64,000 nt of DNA from Heteronotia binoei (Eukaryota). Position numbers and translations under genes: made by a program. Positions within the stretch are counted from its first letter, which is position 1. Every line of letters starts with the position of its first letter. Positions 49,819 through 62,184 of the stretch are shown one piece after another. The notes beneath the pieces were generated by a model that was given only the letters and a program-made list of their open reading frames with translations, was not told the DNA's origin and ran no database searches. The stretch is from the NCBI RefSeq assembly GCF_032191835.1, contig NC_083225.1, positions 71,610,001-71,674,000 on the forward strand. The letters run 5' to 3'.

Positions 49819-50991
49819 GTAAGTTTTCCTTTCTGCCTAAAGCTGTTTCTGATCTGTACAGCCTCAAAGTTGCATCTCTTCCTTTAATAGCTAAGGGGCA
49901 GGGACAAGCAGATTGTCTGGGCTAAACCTTTGTCATGAAGCTGTTCAAGGTCTAATTACTATTGAATTCTAATACCTTCAGGTGTATTTTGGTATCTTTT
50001 TCATTACGTTTTTTATCCATCCATATGAGTTTTGTTTGCTTCATCTTTATTTTTCTCATTTAAAAAAATTAACCATCTGAAAGATTTTCAACTGAAGAAC
50101 AGTTTGTATTTGGGAAAGGGTCTACCAGGAAAGTAATGCTCACCTGCAATATTACTTTAACTCAGACAGCCGTAACCAAATTCAGGATGTCCCATTGATC
50201 CATTCTATCAGGGGACATATTTTGTAGTTAAAGGATGTTGCTACAGGTAGAGAATTTTGCTGCAGATAGAAATAACCTATGTTTAGGGCTATATTCAGCT
50301 ATGTTCTGAAGAGCACAAGGTTAATTTGCAATGTAAATGAACCAAGACGTTCTAAAGTCTGTACATTCTCTCCCCATCCCTCCATGTACAGTGCAAAGAT
50401 TGAAGACTTCCTGATTTTGAGACAAATATGCATTGGGCATGATGACAAAACAGAATTTTCTTATCTACAAATAAAAATTCTAAATTGGGATTAATTTGTG
50501 ATTTCAAATTCTGGTTTGAAGACAAGACAATTGTGAATCAGATGAATCAATAACTAACTGCTGCTTATTCCAAAACTGGAAGTCTTCATTCTCAGGGAGC
50601 CTCAAAACAGATTATGCAGAGAAATCTGATCAATAGGATCAATTTAAAAGAGAGATAATGTAGTAAACAATGTACTAAGAATAGGATTAGAGAATCTGAA
50701 ACAGGCATAAAATATTAGATATGATACAGAATGCAAAAACAATGTGGAAAAGTTGAATTACATCAGTAGAAGGTAATGCAGTGGGTTACACAGTGATAGT
50801 AGGATAATACATACAGCAAATAATATGTCCTATACAATGTAGTCCACAATCCATTTCCCTTTATAAGTACTTTCCTAAATTATTTTGTTATAGTATACCC
50901 CTCTTACCTTTATAGAAATGCCTTCCTGAACAGTTCTGTTATGCAGGATTTGCAGAATGACAAAAGTGTCGTAGCCTTCTTGACCTCCTCA

Positions 50992-51313
50992 CAGGCCCAG
51001 ATTAACAATTAGGCCAAGTAGGCACTGTCCTATCGACCCCCATGCCTTTAGGGGCCCCAGGCCGGCTTTCTCCCTCGCTTTTCCCTCTGCTTGCAGCCCT
51101 CCCAGCCTGCACGTGTAACCAGCAACTGAGCCGCTCTTTGCCCAACTTGCCTCTCCCCCACAGCTTAGTAAAAGGGGCTTTTAAGCAGGCGCCTGCAGGC
51201 TGCAGAGGGGGCCATGGGCAGTGAGGCAAGTGCTCAGACTCTGAGATAATTTGCAAGGGGCCCCCTGAGATTTCAACTGCCTCAGAGTCTCCACAGGATT
51301 TAGTCCAGCACTG
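50992..51313. mobile_element. hAT MITE
   Basis: Perfect 8-bp TSD CCTCCTCA (50984-50991, 51314-51321). Imperfect TIRs caggcccagattaa / ttagtccagcactg. Confidence 0.8.
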
Positions 51314-51819
51314 CCTCCTCAAGCAGGTCATTCAACAAGGTGGGAGCCACCACAAAAATATATATAAGCAAAAAATTCATTCTGGACAATTTAGAAAGGT
51401 GTTGCTGACAAGGATCCAGAAAGAACTCTAGCAGTCACAATTTTTTAAAATTCCTTTTTGTCTATTTGATGATGAGTGATTAACAACAGCTGTTCACTGC
51501 TCAAGATCCACGTTATCACAGAGCTTTTATTGGATAAAAGGAAAGGAAAGGCATTGCTAATCCATGGTTTCTATAAATCTGTTGCTTTTCTCCTATACTA
51601 CTTTTAACTGTTACAAATGAATACTTACAACAATGAACACTTGCCTTGGTTTGCTGAAGGACGTTCTCTTATGAGGACAAAGTACTCACTATGTCAGGAT
51701 GCCAGCGTTGTGTTGCATGCCAAATAAGGGCCACCTTTATACTAACCTTTGAAAAATCCATAAGGCTCTTCTGATTATGAAGTGTACTGGTAATTCTGCT
51801 TCCAATGGCAAATTACAGA

Positions 51820-52225
51820 TTTTCAGATCAAGTTAAAACACGTGACAAAATTACATTATAAAATCATTAAAATAAGCTCACCTTCCAAACATACCTCATT
51901 AAAGCAACTTTTAAAAGAGTTAGAAACAGAGTTAAAATATATATAAAATAGTTAAAACACACAATATACATTAAACAGTCATTAGGAAGGAGGGATCTTC
52001 ACCCGCTGGCAGAAGACAGCAAGAGAAGGGGACAAACAAATCTCCCTGGAGAGAGAATTCCAGAACTTTGGTGCCATGGCTGAGAAGGCCCTCTCCTGGG
52101 TTGCAACCCAATCAATCTCAGAAAGCAGAATCATTCAAAGCAGAGCCTTTGAAAATGACCCTAACAGTGGGGCAGGTTCATAAGGGATTAGGTGATCCTT
52201 CAGGTATGTTGGTCCCAAGCCACTA
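51820..52225 (-). mobile_element. L2-clade LINE 3' end
   Basis: Minus strand resembles the L2 3' end at 13300-13690 (aggccttctcagccatggcaccaaagttctggaattctctc). Confidence 0.65.
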
Positions 52226-52300
52226 CCACTACTACTGTCTCATACTGCTTCTTAATTTATTAATTTTAAGGAAATTACTAAAATATAGAAAACGTTAGAC

Positions 52301-53495
52301 CAGAGGTGTCAAATGTCCAGCCCACTTAATCAGGCCCACATTGCTCTTTTCATCCCCCTCCCTCTCCTGTCCTCACCCTTTGAAGCTCTGAGGCTGTTCT
52401 TTGCTCTTTCTGCCTTGTCTTTGTCAGCTGTAGCAGGAAGTGAAGCTGCAAGGAAAATGCTGAATGAATATTCCATTAAAGTCTCTGTGTCCCAGATAGA
52501 TAGGGTCCAGAGTAGGGTTGCCAAGTCCGATTCAAGAAATATCTGGGGACTTTGGGGGTGGAGCCAGGAGACATTGGGGGAGGAGCCAAGATCAAGGCTG
52601 TGACAAGCATAATTGAACTCCAAAGGGAGTTCTGGCCATCACATTTAAAGGGATGGCACACCTTTTCAATGCCTTCCTTCCATAGGAAATAATGGATAGG
52701 GGCACCTTCTTTTGGGGCTTATAGAATTGGACCCCCTGGTCCAATCTTTTTGAAACGGGGGGTATTTTGGGGAGAGGCACTAGATACTGTACTGAAAGTT
52801 TGGTGTCTCTACCCTAAAAAACAGCCCCCCCCCCCGAGCCCCAGATACCAATTCTCCATGATTTTCTATGGGAATAAATCTCCATAGGGAATAATAGAGT
52901 TCCCAGCAGACATTTCCCTCCGCTCCCCCCCCCCCGCTTTCTGACGACCCTGAAGCGGGGGGAGGGCCTCTAAACCGGGGGATCCCCTGCCCCCACCTGG
53001 GGATTGGCAACCCTAGTCCAGAGACATTAATGGAAAATCAATTCCACATTGCAACTTTGTCTGTGCTGCAGTGTGTTTCGATGGAGTGAAGATCAGTTTC
53101 ACTTTCAGTGTTCCTATAGCCAACTGAAGCAAATGCTTCCTGGAGTTATGTCTTTGCAAATAAAAGGTTGATGATTTAAGCCAGCTTGTCTCTGCTGAAT
53201 GGACCTGACCCAATGAGTAGTCTAACCTGGGAATCCACAGCCAAAGGGGGATATTACAATAATACATTGGAAAGCCACTATTCTTCCACCTTTCAGTTTT
53301 AAACAAAATACTGCAAAAGTTTTAAGCATGTTTATATTTTAAGCTAAAAATAATATATTTAATTGTGCTTGTGTCCTTTATAAAATTTATATCTCCGCTA
53401 CTTCATATTACATTTTATGACACACATATCCCACCCCCACAAAGTCCCATTGGTGTCAGATCCAGCCATCATAACAAATGAGTTCGACACCCCTG
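52301..53495. mobile_element. hAT-Charlie-like non-autonomous element hosting a nested MITE
   Basis: TIRs cagaggtgtcaaa / ttcgacacccctg. TSD cgttagac / agctagac (6/8). Confidence 0.7.
52513..53015 (+). mobile_element. Non-autonomous hAT element, TAGGGTTGCCAA family
   Basis: Perfect TIRs tagggttgccaa / ttggcaacccta. Perfect TSD GTCCAGAG. Confidence 0.92.
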
Positions 53496-53768
53496 AGCTA
53501 GACTCCATTTGAATGGTTGCAAAAATCTATCACAAATGCCTAAAATTTTACATCTAAAAGAGTGATAGGTTTCCTATTATCTTCTAATAAAAGAGGTAGT
53601 CTCCATATGATCTACATTTTGGAGCAAAGGAAAAATTAAAAGTTTTCTTGACTCATAAAAATGATTGCATGTAGAGGCTGCATAATATAGGATGTATATA
53701 CTACCTGCACCACGGCTGCATATTCAGAGTATGGTATCTCAAGATACCTCGCTTGCAAAACTCTAGAT

Positions 53769-54265
53769 CAGGGGTGTCGATCTCATTTGTTATGAGGACT
53801 GGATCTGACATAAAAGAGACCTTGTTGGGCCAGGCCATGTCAAGCTGGGCCAAGCCATGTCAGGCCAGCCCAAGTGTGTACCTATTTAAGATTAGGTAGC
53901 CAATATATACATTTGAACACAGACAAACACAAATATATATATATATATATAAGTCCCCAGGGACTTTCCTTCCTTCTCCAAGTCAATAGAAGGAAGAGAG
54001 GCTTGGCTCAGTAGCTCTGCTGTGCAATTGAGAGAGCCTGGCAAAGCAAACTATTCCTCCCCAAAGGAGCAGCCTCAGCCAATGGAGAAAATGGAGGCTT
54101 TGTTCTGTAGCTCCTGTGCAATTGAGCAAGCCTTGCAAAGCAAGCTGTTATGCAGAAGGAAGCAAGATACAAGGAGAAGGAAGCAGATGACAGCCAGTTG
54201 CTTGAGGGCCTGATAGGAGCCCTATGGGGGCCTGATTTGGCCATACTGCATGTTTGACACCCCTG
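53769..54265. mobile_element. hAT-Charlie-like MITE
   Basis: TIRs caggggtgtcga / tttgacacccctg. Perfect TSD CTCTAGAT (NTCTAGAN). Confidence 0.9.
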
Positions 54266-54458
54266 CTCTAGATGGTAGGGCATTTAGGCATGTCAACTTA
54301 AAAGCATACCTATAGCAAGGAATATTCAGATATGAGCAGTAATTGGGAAGCTCTCCAGGTGAAAGAATACCATAAAATTGAGTATAAGAAACACGTTGTG
54401 CTCTATAGATTGTACTATTATAATCCTACTTAAACAGACATTTCTTAATCATTTTTAT

Positions 54459-54577
54459 GGCTTGTGGTGCAGAGTGGTAAAGCTGCAGTACTGCAGTCGG
54501 AGCCCTCTGCTCATGATGACCTGAGTTCCGCTGGAATTGAACTCAGGTCATGAGCAGAGGGCTCCGACTGCAGTACT
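54459..54577. repeat. Fold-back (inverted duplication) of a Sauria SINE head
   Basis: Arms 54487-54528 and 54539-54577 are reverse complements apart from a 3-nt bulge. Confidence 0.9.
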
Positions 54578-54686
54578 TGAAGTTCAATTATGCTTGTCAC
54601 ACCCTTGCTCTTGGCTCTGCCCCAATGTCTCCTGGCTCCACCCCCAAAGTCCCCAGATATTTCTTGAATTGGACTTGGCAACCCTA
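54578..54686 (-). mobile_element. Terminal ~110 bp of a TAGGGTTGCCAA MITE
   Basis: Reverse complement of the start of 52513. Ends ttggcaacccta. Confidence 0.85.
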
Positions 54687-54834
54687 GCCAAAGCTGGTAA
54701 AAGGCATTCTTAGGCACAGCTGCCACCTACTTATCCAGCAGTAGGCCTTAGTCTAAGAGCACCACCAAACTACAGCCCTGTTCCTTCAAGTGGAGTGCAA
54801 CTCCATCCAGAACCGGTGACACCTTAAATAATGG

Positions 54835-55660
54835 GTCAGACCTTCTATGGGACCAGTAGGACTTCCATCTTGTCAGGATTAAGCTTCAGTGTATTAGCTT
54901 GTATCAGTTCCAAAACTGCTTCCAGGCCCTGATTCAGTGTTTCTGCAGCCTCCCTGGGATCACCTGGAAGTGCAAGACAAAGCTGAGTGTCATCCACATA
55001 TTTGTAAAAACACAACCTAAACCTCATCCAGTGATTTCATGCAGATGGTAAAGATCATAGGACACAAGATGGAACCTTGTGCAGCCCCACAGGTCAAAGG
55101 CCAAGGGGTTGAACAGCAGTCCCCCAGCACGAGCTTCTGAAACCTACCCCTTCAGGTAGGACCAGAACCACTGCAGAACAGTGCCTCCCAATTCCAGTCC
55201 AGATAGTTGGTCCAGAAGGATACCATGATAAGTGGTATCAAAAGACACTGAGAGGTCCTGGAGAATCAACAGAGTTGCACTCCTGCCAATCTCACAGTTT
55301 AAGTCATCCACCAGTGCAACGAGGGCTGTTTCAGTGCCATAACCAGGCCTGAAATCAGACTGGAAGGGATCTCAACAATTTGCCTTTTCCAGGAAGCTCA
55401 CAGTTATTTAGTCACCATCCATTCAATCACCTTGGAATGCAACATTTGAGACTGGCTGAAAATCTCCTGGGCCAAGGGTAGGCTTCTTTAGAAGGGGACA
55501 CACCACTACCTTTTTCAAGGCTGGGGGCAACCACCTTCTCTTTTAGGGGAGATTTAACAAATTCTCAAACCCAGTCAGCCAGCGCCTCCCTGGCAGATTT
55601 ATATAACCAGGATGGACAGAGTTATTAATTGTTCTAATGTTTTATGTGAACTGCCTTGGG
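54835..55660 (-). mobile_element. L2-clade LINE RT fragment
   Basis: ORF 54845..55027: YVDDTQL.L......LN..L......I.AN.LKLNPDKMEVL, the RT Y.DD motif region. Confidence 0.85.
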
Positions 55661-56380
55661 GGATCCCGGTCAGGTGGAAAGGAAGCATTAAAATGTTTTA
55701 AATTTTAAAAAATCCTGAAATGTAACACTGGCTGCTGCTGCCTCTGTCTTCTGATTGCTGTGGGCTTGCTTCTTCATATAAGATACTAGCTAGGAGCCAG
55801 GAGTCCTCACACCCCACTGGGTTCCAAACTATTCCCTCCTGCTGCTCTTTTGTAGTTCATGCAAAGTGGGCATGTTAAGTGTCTGCAGCAATCATTTGCC
55901 TTTACTGGAAATGTTTACTTTTGCTAGATCATAAGAATATATCTTACCAAGGTTTGCTTTTTGTGTAAATAGCTAAAAGGGTCATTTCATTTCACTGTGG
56001 CCCACTTCTGCACAGTCCCAGCATATGCCTTAACAGTGTATTCATACACACACTTGCAAGCTCAGTCAGTGTAGAGCTGTGGGAACCAAAAACTGAAAAT
56101 ATGGTCTCTCATTGTTTGAATTCCCTATACTTCAAATGAGGTACCAATATGCTTTTTTTAAAAAAAAAAGTCATTGTTTTACCTTATATTAACTAGGTTA
56201 TATTGTACAAAGTCCAATTTACAAAGAACACTAATCCCATTTCAAGTGTTCTAAGTGCTTCATGTACATTACTGCAGTAATGCTGACAATAGCCTAAGGC
56301 AGTACTTTTATTGTCATATTGCAGAAGGCCATGACAAATATGCAAGAATGTAATTCCAGTAAAGTCACCACGAAGATTAA

Positions 56381-56560
56381 CGTATGAAACTGCCTTCTTT
56401 TGATTCAGACCAATGGTCCATTAAGGACAACATTGTCTACTCTGATTGGTAGCAACTCTCCAGGTTTCAAATGGAGGTCTATCACATCACTGACATATAA
56501 TCCTTTTAATCAGTGATGCTGGGGATTGAATTTGGGACTTCCTGCATGCAAATCATGACA
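56381..56560 (-). mobile_element. Squam3-like SINE, degenerate
   Basis: Colinear similarity to 30991-31207. Confidence 0.7.
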
Positions 56561-56764
56561 CCCCACCCAGATTCCAGACAAGGTGTTATTTTGTGATTTC
56601 CTGTGTCACAGCTGTTTCTTGTGCCCCACTATTCAAAGCATATTTTCTTGAAGTAAATCCCACAGAGTCAAACGATATTATAATACAGTAGTTAGCAGAG
56701 CTTTATTTGTAGAAAAAGCCCAGCAGGAACTCGTTTGCAAATTAGACCACACCCCTGACATAAC

Positions 56765-57000
56765 TAGGCTTGCCAATCCCCAGGTCCCGGGGGGTTCTTC
56801 TGCTTTCCTAGGCTCCTTCCCACCCCAAGTCAGCTGGCCAGTGGGGGGAAGCCCTGCCCCCAGAGGACCATGTGCCTTTCCACCTCTGGAGTCTTCCGTC
56901 TCCGATTGAAAGGCTTCTTCTTGGGATTGTGTGTCTGTGTTACTTTGAAGAAGTGGGCAGCAACTCATGAGTAGAGAGGCCAATCCCTCGCTTCAGAGTC
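56765..57000 (-). mobile_element. Truncated hAT MITE (variant end taggcttgccaa)
   Basis: Start resembles the reverse complement of the right end of 29072-29572. No second TIR. Confidence 0.6.
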
Positions 57001-59350
57001 TGGCCTGGGGAGCCTATGTACCATCAAACAGTAGTATTTATGCCCTACCTAAAAAAAAAAATTAAAATGGAATTTTTTTATTTTTCAGGCACATATCCAA
57101 GATGCATATTTATAATATCTGGAAGTAGGTATATTACCACTAAATTCAGAAGTTTAAAGATATTTGTAAGCTTCTAATTAGAAATATCAGTAAAGAAAAG
57201 AAATAAGCATCTGCAAGCTTAAACTGAATTATTTACAACTTCTGTTTCAATTTTATATTTCTGGATTTCTAATCAAGCATCCTTAATATTCTGATACTAC
57301 TTATGGTTGCTTTGAAAATTATGCATTGTGAATCTGGTAAACTCTGAACCAGCTTATTTTTATTAATTATTCATATTGCAAAATTCATTTTAAAAATTAC
57401 AGAACCAAACTCTATAATTTTCTTCAGTGTTTTCCCATTCATGCCGAAAGCCCCTGACTTCCCTGGGTTATCACCTTGGGCCCACCTTTCCTTTGGGATG
57501 TGTACCTTCATTCTCCTTGGGACTTAAAATCTGATTCTCTTTTCTGACGTTACCATAATAAGGTGCCACTTCAAATCCTCCGCCTCCTTAGAGATCACAA
57601 GAACTCCACCATGAACCCCTCAATCCCACCTTGGTGGGGTTACAACCCTTATTCCTGTACTTCAGTCTCCTGATCACAACCAAATAAATCTCAGCCCTTT
57701 ATCTTATATATCATTGCATTCTTGTTTTGCAGGTCCACTTGACCCAGATTTATTTGACAATGTAGAAATAATTCATTTTCAGTAATCAGACACATATGTG
57801 AACATTTCCAGTGCAACAGATTGTGGCTATTGATAGGAGTCAGTGAAGAACTGAAATGTATACATACTATCCGGAGGCATCTTTATTTCTGCAGTACATT
57901 TGCAGCTTCTCAGGCCCTTCTCAGACTCTCTGGATCTACTTGAAGAGACATGCCAGGCAGTTCCTTAGTTATTCAGATTCTCTTTACTACATTCAAGTTG
58001 GGATACATCTGGTATGAATAGCAATGTCAGTGTATTTGGAATGAAAAGGTTCTGGAGCTATGGCTCCACTTTTTTGTAAGGAAAAAGTCCACTAATGGGA
58101 TACAGAATTAAATGTTTAATTTGGGCCTTGGCATTATTGGGAACAGGAGCCAACTGTTACATTCATCCATTTTTCTTAACTGCCATACCACTGTCAGGGG
58201 TTAAAATTAAAAATTTCAAAGCAAGAACAGGGCTAACTCAAGGATTTTGTGCATCCTAGACAAATGACTGTCACCCCTTCCCCTTCACACTGTAGTGAAA
58301 CAGCCACCAACCCTCCTCCTCCCACCTAGCACCATAGGGAAGCCACCCCCAACTCATGCTGTCCTCAGTGTGCCTGGAGCTGTGGCTTCGTGCAGTGCGA
58401 TGCATCCCAACGTGGATGGATTGGGAGGCAAAAAAATGGCCCTAGAAAAGGGTCCCACTCTCACCCCTGATGGTGAAAGTGAGAGCAGACTTGACATGGG
58501 TGGTGGGAGTGAGAGCAGACTTGACATAGGCTGCCCCCTAGGCATACCAGTGGGGTCTGCTGCTTGCTACAGCAGACCCTGATAACACGCTGGCAGGCAA
58601 GATCCTGACAGAGATAGCTTGGTGACCTTGGGCAATCACCTAGGTACCCCAAATGGACAGGATGGCATACTGAGCCAGAATCTCCTTCATGTAAATGGTT
58701 GGAGGTGCTTATTGGAGAGGTACAAAGTAACAAGCATAATGTGATCCCATCTTGTGAACATGGGGCCTCTTGTTCCTTCTTTGTAGCTTAGTCAGTTTAA
58801 ACGTCTGAGAAAGTTAGATAGTCCTTAACTGCTGTTTGTGCATGTATTAAGGGTAATCTGCTTGCAGGAGTCTGTTTGCTGAACTGAACTGCAGTTGATA
58901 CATTTAGGACTTTTTTAATAAAATAAAATGGTGCATACACAATGGTATATGGAGAGCTCACAATAATTGCTTTGCATCGTGAATTCCAATTTTTCTGCGC
59001 AAATCCTGTTATGAATTATATCTGCCCAACAGTAGAGGAGAGGAAGGAGTCCAAGAATTTCAGCACACTTTTGTAGTTTCCAGTACCGAAGAATAGTTTG
59101 AAAATTCCATGGTGATTCCATGGTGCTTGTATTTTTTAAAAATTCAGAAAACAGAGCAGATTTGAATTCAGATTTAGGTGGGCAGTGGGAGAAACTGCAC
59201 ATACGTTGTTGGCTTTCAAAGAACTTGTCTGGCAAAAACTGCACATTTGATTGCCTATGCCCACTGACCTTCTTCCATGTAATCAACCACTATGTGTGCC
59301 AGTGTTGAACAGAGAGAAAACTGGGAAACAAATTCTAATTAATAACATAA

Positions 59351-59646
59351 AAAGGTAAAGATAGTCCCCTGTGCAAGCACCAGTCATTTCGACTCTGGGG
59401 TAACGTTGCTTTCAAAATGTTTTCATTGCAGACTTTTTATGGGGTGGTTTGTCATTTCCTTCCCCAGTCATCTACACTTTCCCCCCAGCAAGCTGGGTAC
59501 TCATTTTACTGACCTCAGAAGGATGGAAGGCTGAGTCAACCTGGAGCTGGCTACCTGAACCAGCTTCCACTGGGCTGAACTCAGGTCGTGAGCAGAGGGC
59601 TCCGACTGCAGTACTGCAGCTTTACCACTCTGCGCCATGGGGCTCT
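59351..59646 (-). mobile_element. Sauria SINE, full length
   Basis: Reverse complement of the 36151 and 41854 copies. ataacata occurs on both flanks. Confidence 0.9.
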
Positions 59647-59829
59647 CAATTGATAACATAGGTGATCATTATACTGTTTTATAAAATACCTGTTCACTTC
59701 ATCACCACCACCACAATGAGTCCACATCAATGTGATACTATGCAGTCCTAATATACTTTGGCCAAAACCATAGATACGTTTTCAGTATGTGTTTAATTTA
59801 TTCATATTTTTCACATTTCATGTTTATAG

Positions 59830-59892
59830 TTTTACAGCACCCGCTCGCCCTCCCCCACTGAGTGTTGCCACATGACCCCATGGAGTAGAAAG
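59830..59892 (+). CDS. NHS: NHS alternative exon 3a (63 nt, phase 0-0)
   Basis: Acceptor catttcatgtttatag, donor AAG|gtattg. Translates FYSTRSPSPTECCHMTPWSRK versus recalled human FNSTRSPSPTECCHMTPWSRK. Confidence 0.95.
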
Positions 59893-61991
59893 GTATTGAA
59901 AAAAACCCACTAAACTAACAGTCTATCACTCATTCTATCCCTTTCAGTCCTTAATCCTTTCTCTTGCTTGCTTGCTTTTTGGCTGGCTAACTTTGTTGTC
60001 TTTATGTTGTGCTTCTATCAACAACGAACACCAACTTCCCCCCCCCACCACCTGGTTTAACAGATTTAATAGCTCACAAGAGGGGTTTTCTTTGCTGATT
60101 ATTTTTAAAAGGCCAACTCAAATTTGTCTGAGAGATTTTATATAATGCAGGAAAAAAATGAGAGTGAGAGAGAGAGATTTTGGAAAACCACAAGAAAACA
60201 TCCAAATGATCCCAAAACTAAAGCAGGGATGTGCTCTATGGACTGTTATCATTGCCATTGTTTGCTAAAGAGCAGCACTGGCAGACAGTCAGAGATTGTG
60301 GTCAGGTCACTTCACTTTCTTTGTCCAGCAAGCCATTGTTATGCAGGGAAGGATTCAGCAACAAAATGCAGGCTATGTGGGGCTTTTTTCTCTTTCTTTC
60401 TTTTTTTTTTTTGCATGCACCAACTTTTTTTTTCAGGGGTTACCTAGGAAACAAAGTCTTTTGTGCTACTAGTTTATATGAGCTATTCATGTCTGCTGGG
60501 GAACAGCACAAAAGCTGAAGAGATAAAGAAAGCTGCTATGTTTTTCTAACCCAGGGATGGAGCAAAATCTTTTGGGGGGACAGGCATCCCTTTTCATTTT
60601 TTTACTAGAGATTTTGTGCATGATTCCAAGAAGGTAAGCAAATGGCTTGGTGTAACTAACTTCAAAAAGTAAATTTGGCCTTCAGAATGTAAGTAGGAAG
60701 TTCTGAACAGTTGCGAGTCTGCCCTTGGTCTTCAGAAAGAAGGTCTCGTAATATAGCTCAGGGAAAGCAGAAACCTAGAGTTTGTTGATGCTGGTGATTT
60801 TCTGTTGGAAAATTGTCAAATATCAAATGCTATGACAAGAAAAATCAAATTAAATTTTGTCCTTTAACCACATCTAAGAGAACTAAAGCATTTGAGAAGA
60901 TATAAAAACTAAGGACAGAGCAAGCAAGTGTTAGCCAAGGAGGAATTGGGAATGTATCTTTAGACAGTCAGCACAGTAAGCAGCAACCGATTAGATAACT
61001 GAGAATTTTAAATCTCTGAAAGAGTATCTGTGTCCAGTTGTTCAAGTAAATGCACTTTCTGAAACTGCATAGATTTCAACAAATTACTTCTAAAGCATGG
61101 CAGTCACTTTTTTCTCTGTAAAATTACTCATTCCTTCTATGTAGCTGATCTCTCAGTGCTTGTTTATCTTTTGTGGCTTGTATGGAATAGTTTGGGTAGC
61201 ATATTTTGAAGTGTTTGCATTGTTTCTAAATATTATTTCAGCATCTAAGGTGGGAGCTCATCCATTGCTTTTCAAAAAATTTTTAAAAAATCCAGTTGGT
61301 ATTAAATATATCTCTATCTGTGACAGACATGCATTCCAATTCTGCTCATTTTAGCTGAGAAGTACCATTTTCCAGTGAGGTTTACTTTCAAGTACACATG
61401 AGTAGGATCTGGCTCAGGCTATAATCCTAACCATGCCAACTTGGGAGCAAGTTTTACTAAACTCAAGCAGTTTTCTGCCTAGTAATGATTAGGATCATAC
61501 TGGAGTGTAGTTAAAAGCAGTTACTTGCTTCCAAATGATGCTATTTAGATGTCTGTACCTTACAATTATTGTCAAATATACATTAATAAAGTAGAAAATC
61601 TGTATAGAATGGCTTTGCTGGTTGATATTCATGTATATATAAAACAAGAAAGGCATTCAAACTCACAGGCAGTTGCTAAAATAGTATGCATAAATGGATA
61701 GTATGACCATTATTTTTGAAATAACTGTGAGCATGTTTGAAACAACCAAGCACTGATTGGAAATTGTTCTCTTCTACTGAAAACCAGTTTTAAGCTCCAG
61801 GTACTAAACTGTTTCTAATATATAAGAAGACATTTACTTCCTATCTGTTGACTGTTTGCTGAAACAATGTTGGTGTTCATGGTGTCTCTTGTTTCTTTGA
61901 ACTCTTTCTCTAAATCTCATTTTCTGATATTATTTAAATGAAATTTTGTCACAAAGGAAGAGATACTGATTTTGATTGCATTAATTTACAG

Positions 61992-62184
61992 TCACACCCT
62001 CCAGAGGAAGAAGATACAGATGTCATGTTAGGGCAGAGGCCGAAAAATCCAATACATAATATTCCTTCTACACTGGATAAGCAAACCAATTGGAGCAAAG
62101 CACTACCTCTCCCAACTCCAGAGGAGAAAATGAAACAAGATGCCCAAGTGATCTCCTCTTGCATTATCCCCATCAATGTCACTG
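61992..62184 (+). CDS. NHS: NHS exon 4 (193 nt, phase 0-1)
   Basis: Acceptor ttaatttacag, donor CTG|gtacag. Translates [64 protein letters not shown](G), near-identical to recalled human NHS. Lies within track ORF 61938..62255. Confidence 0.97.
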
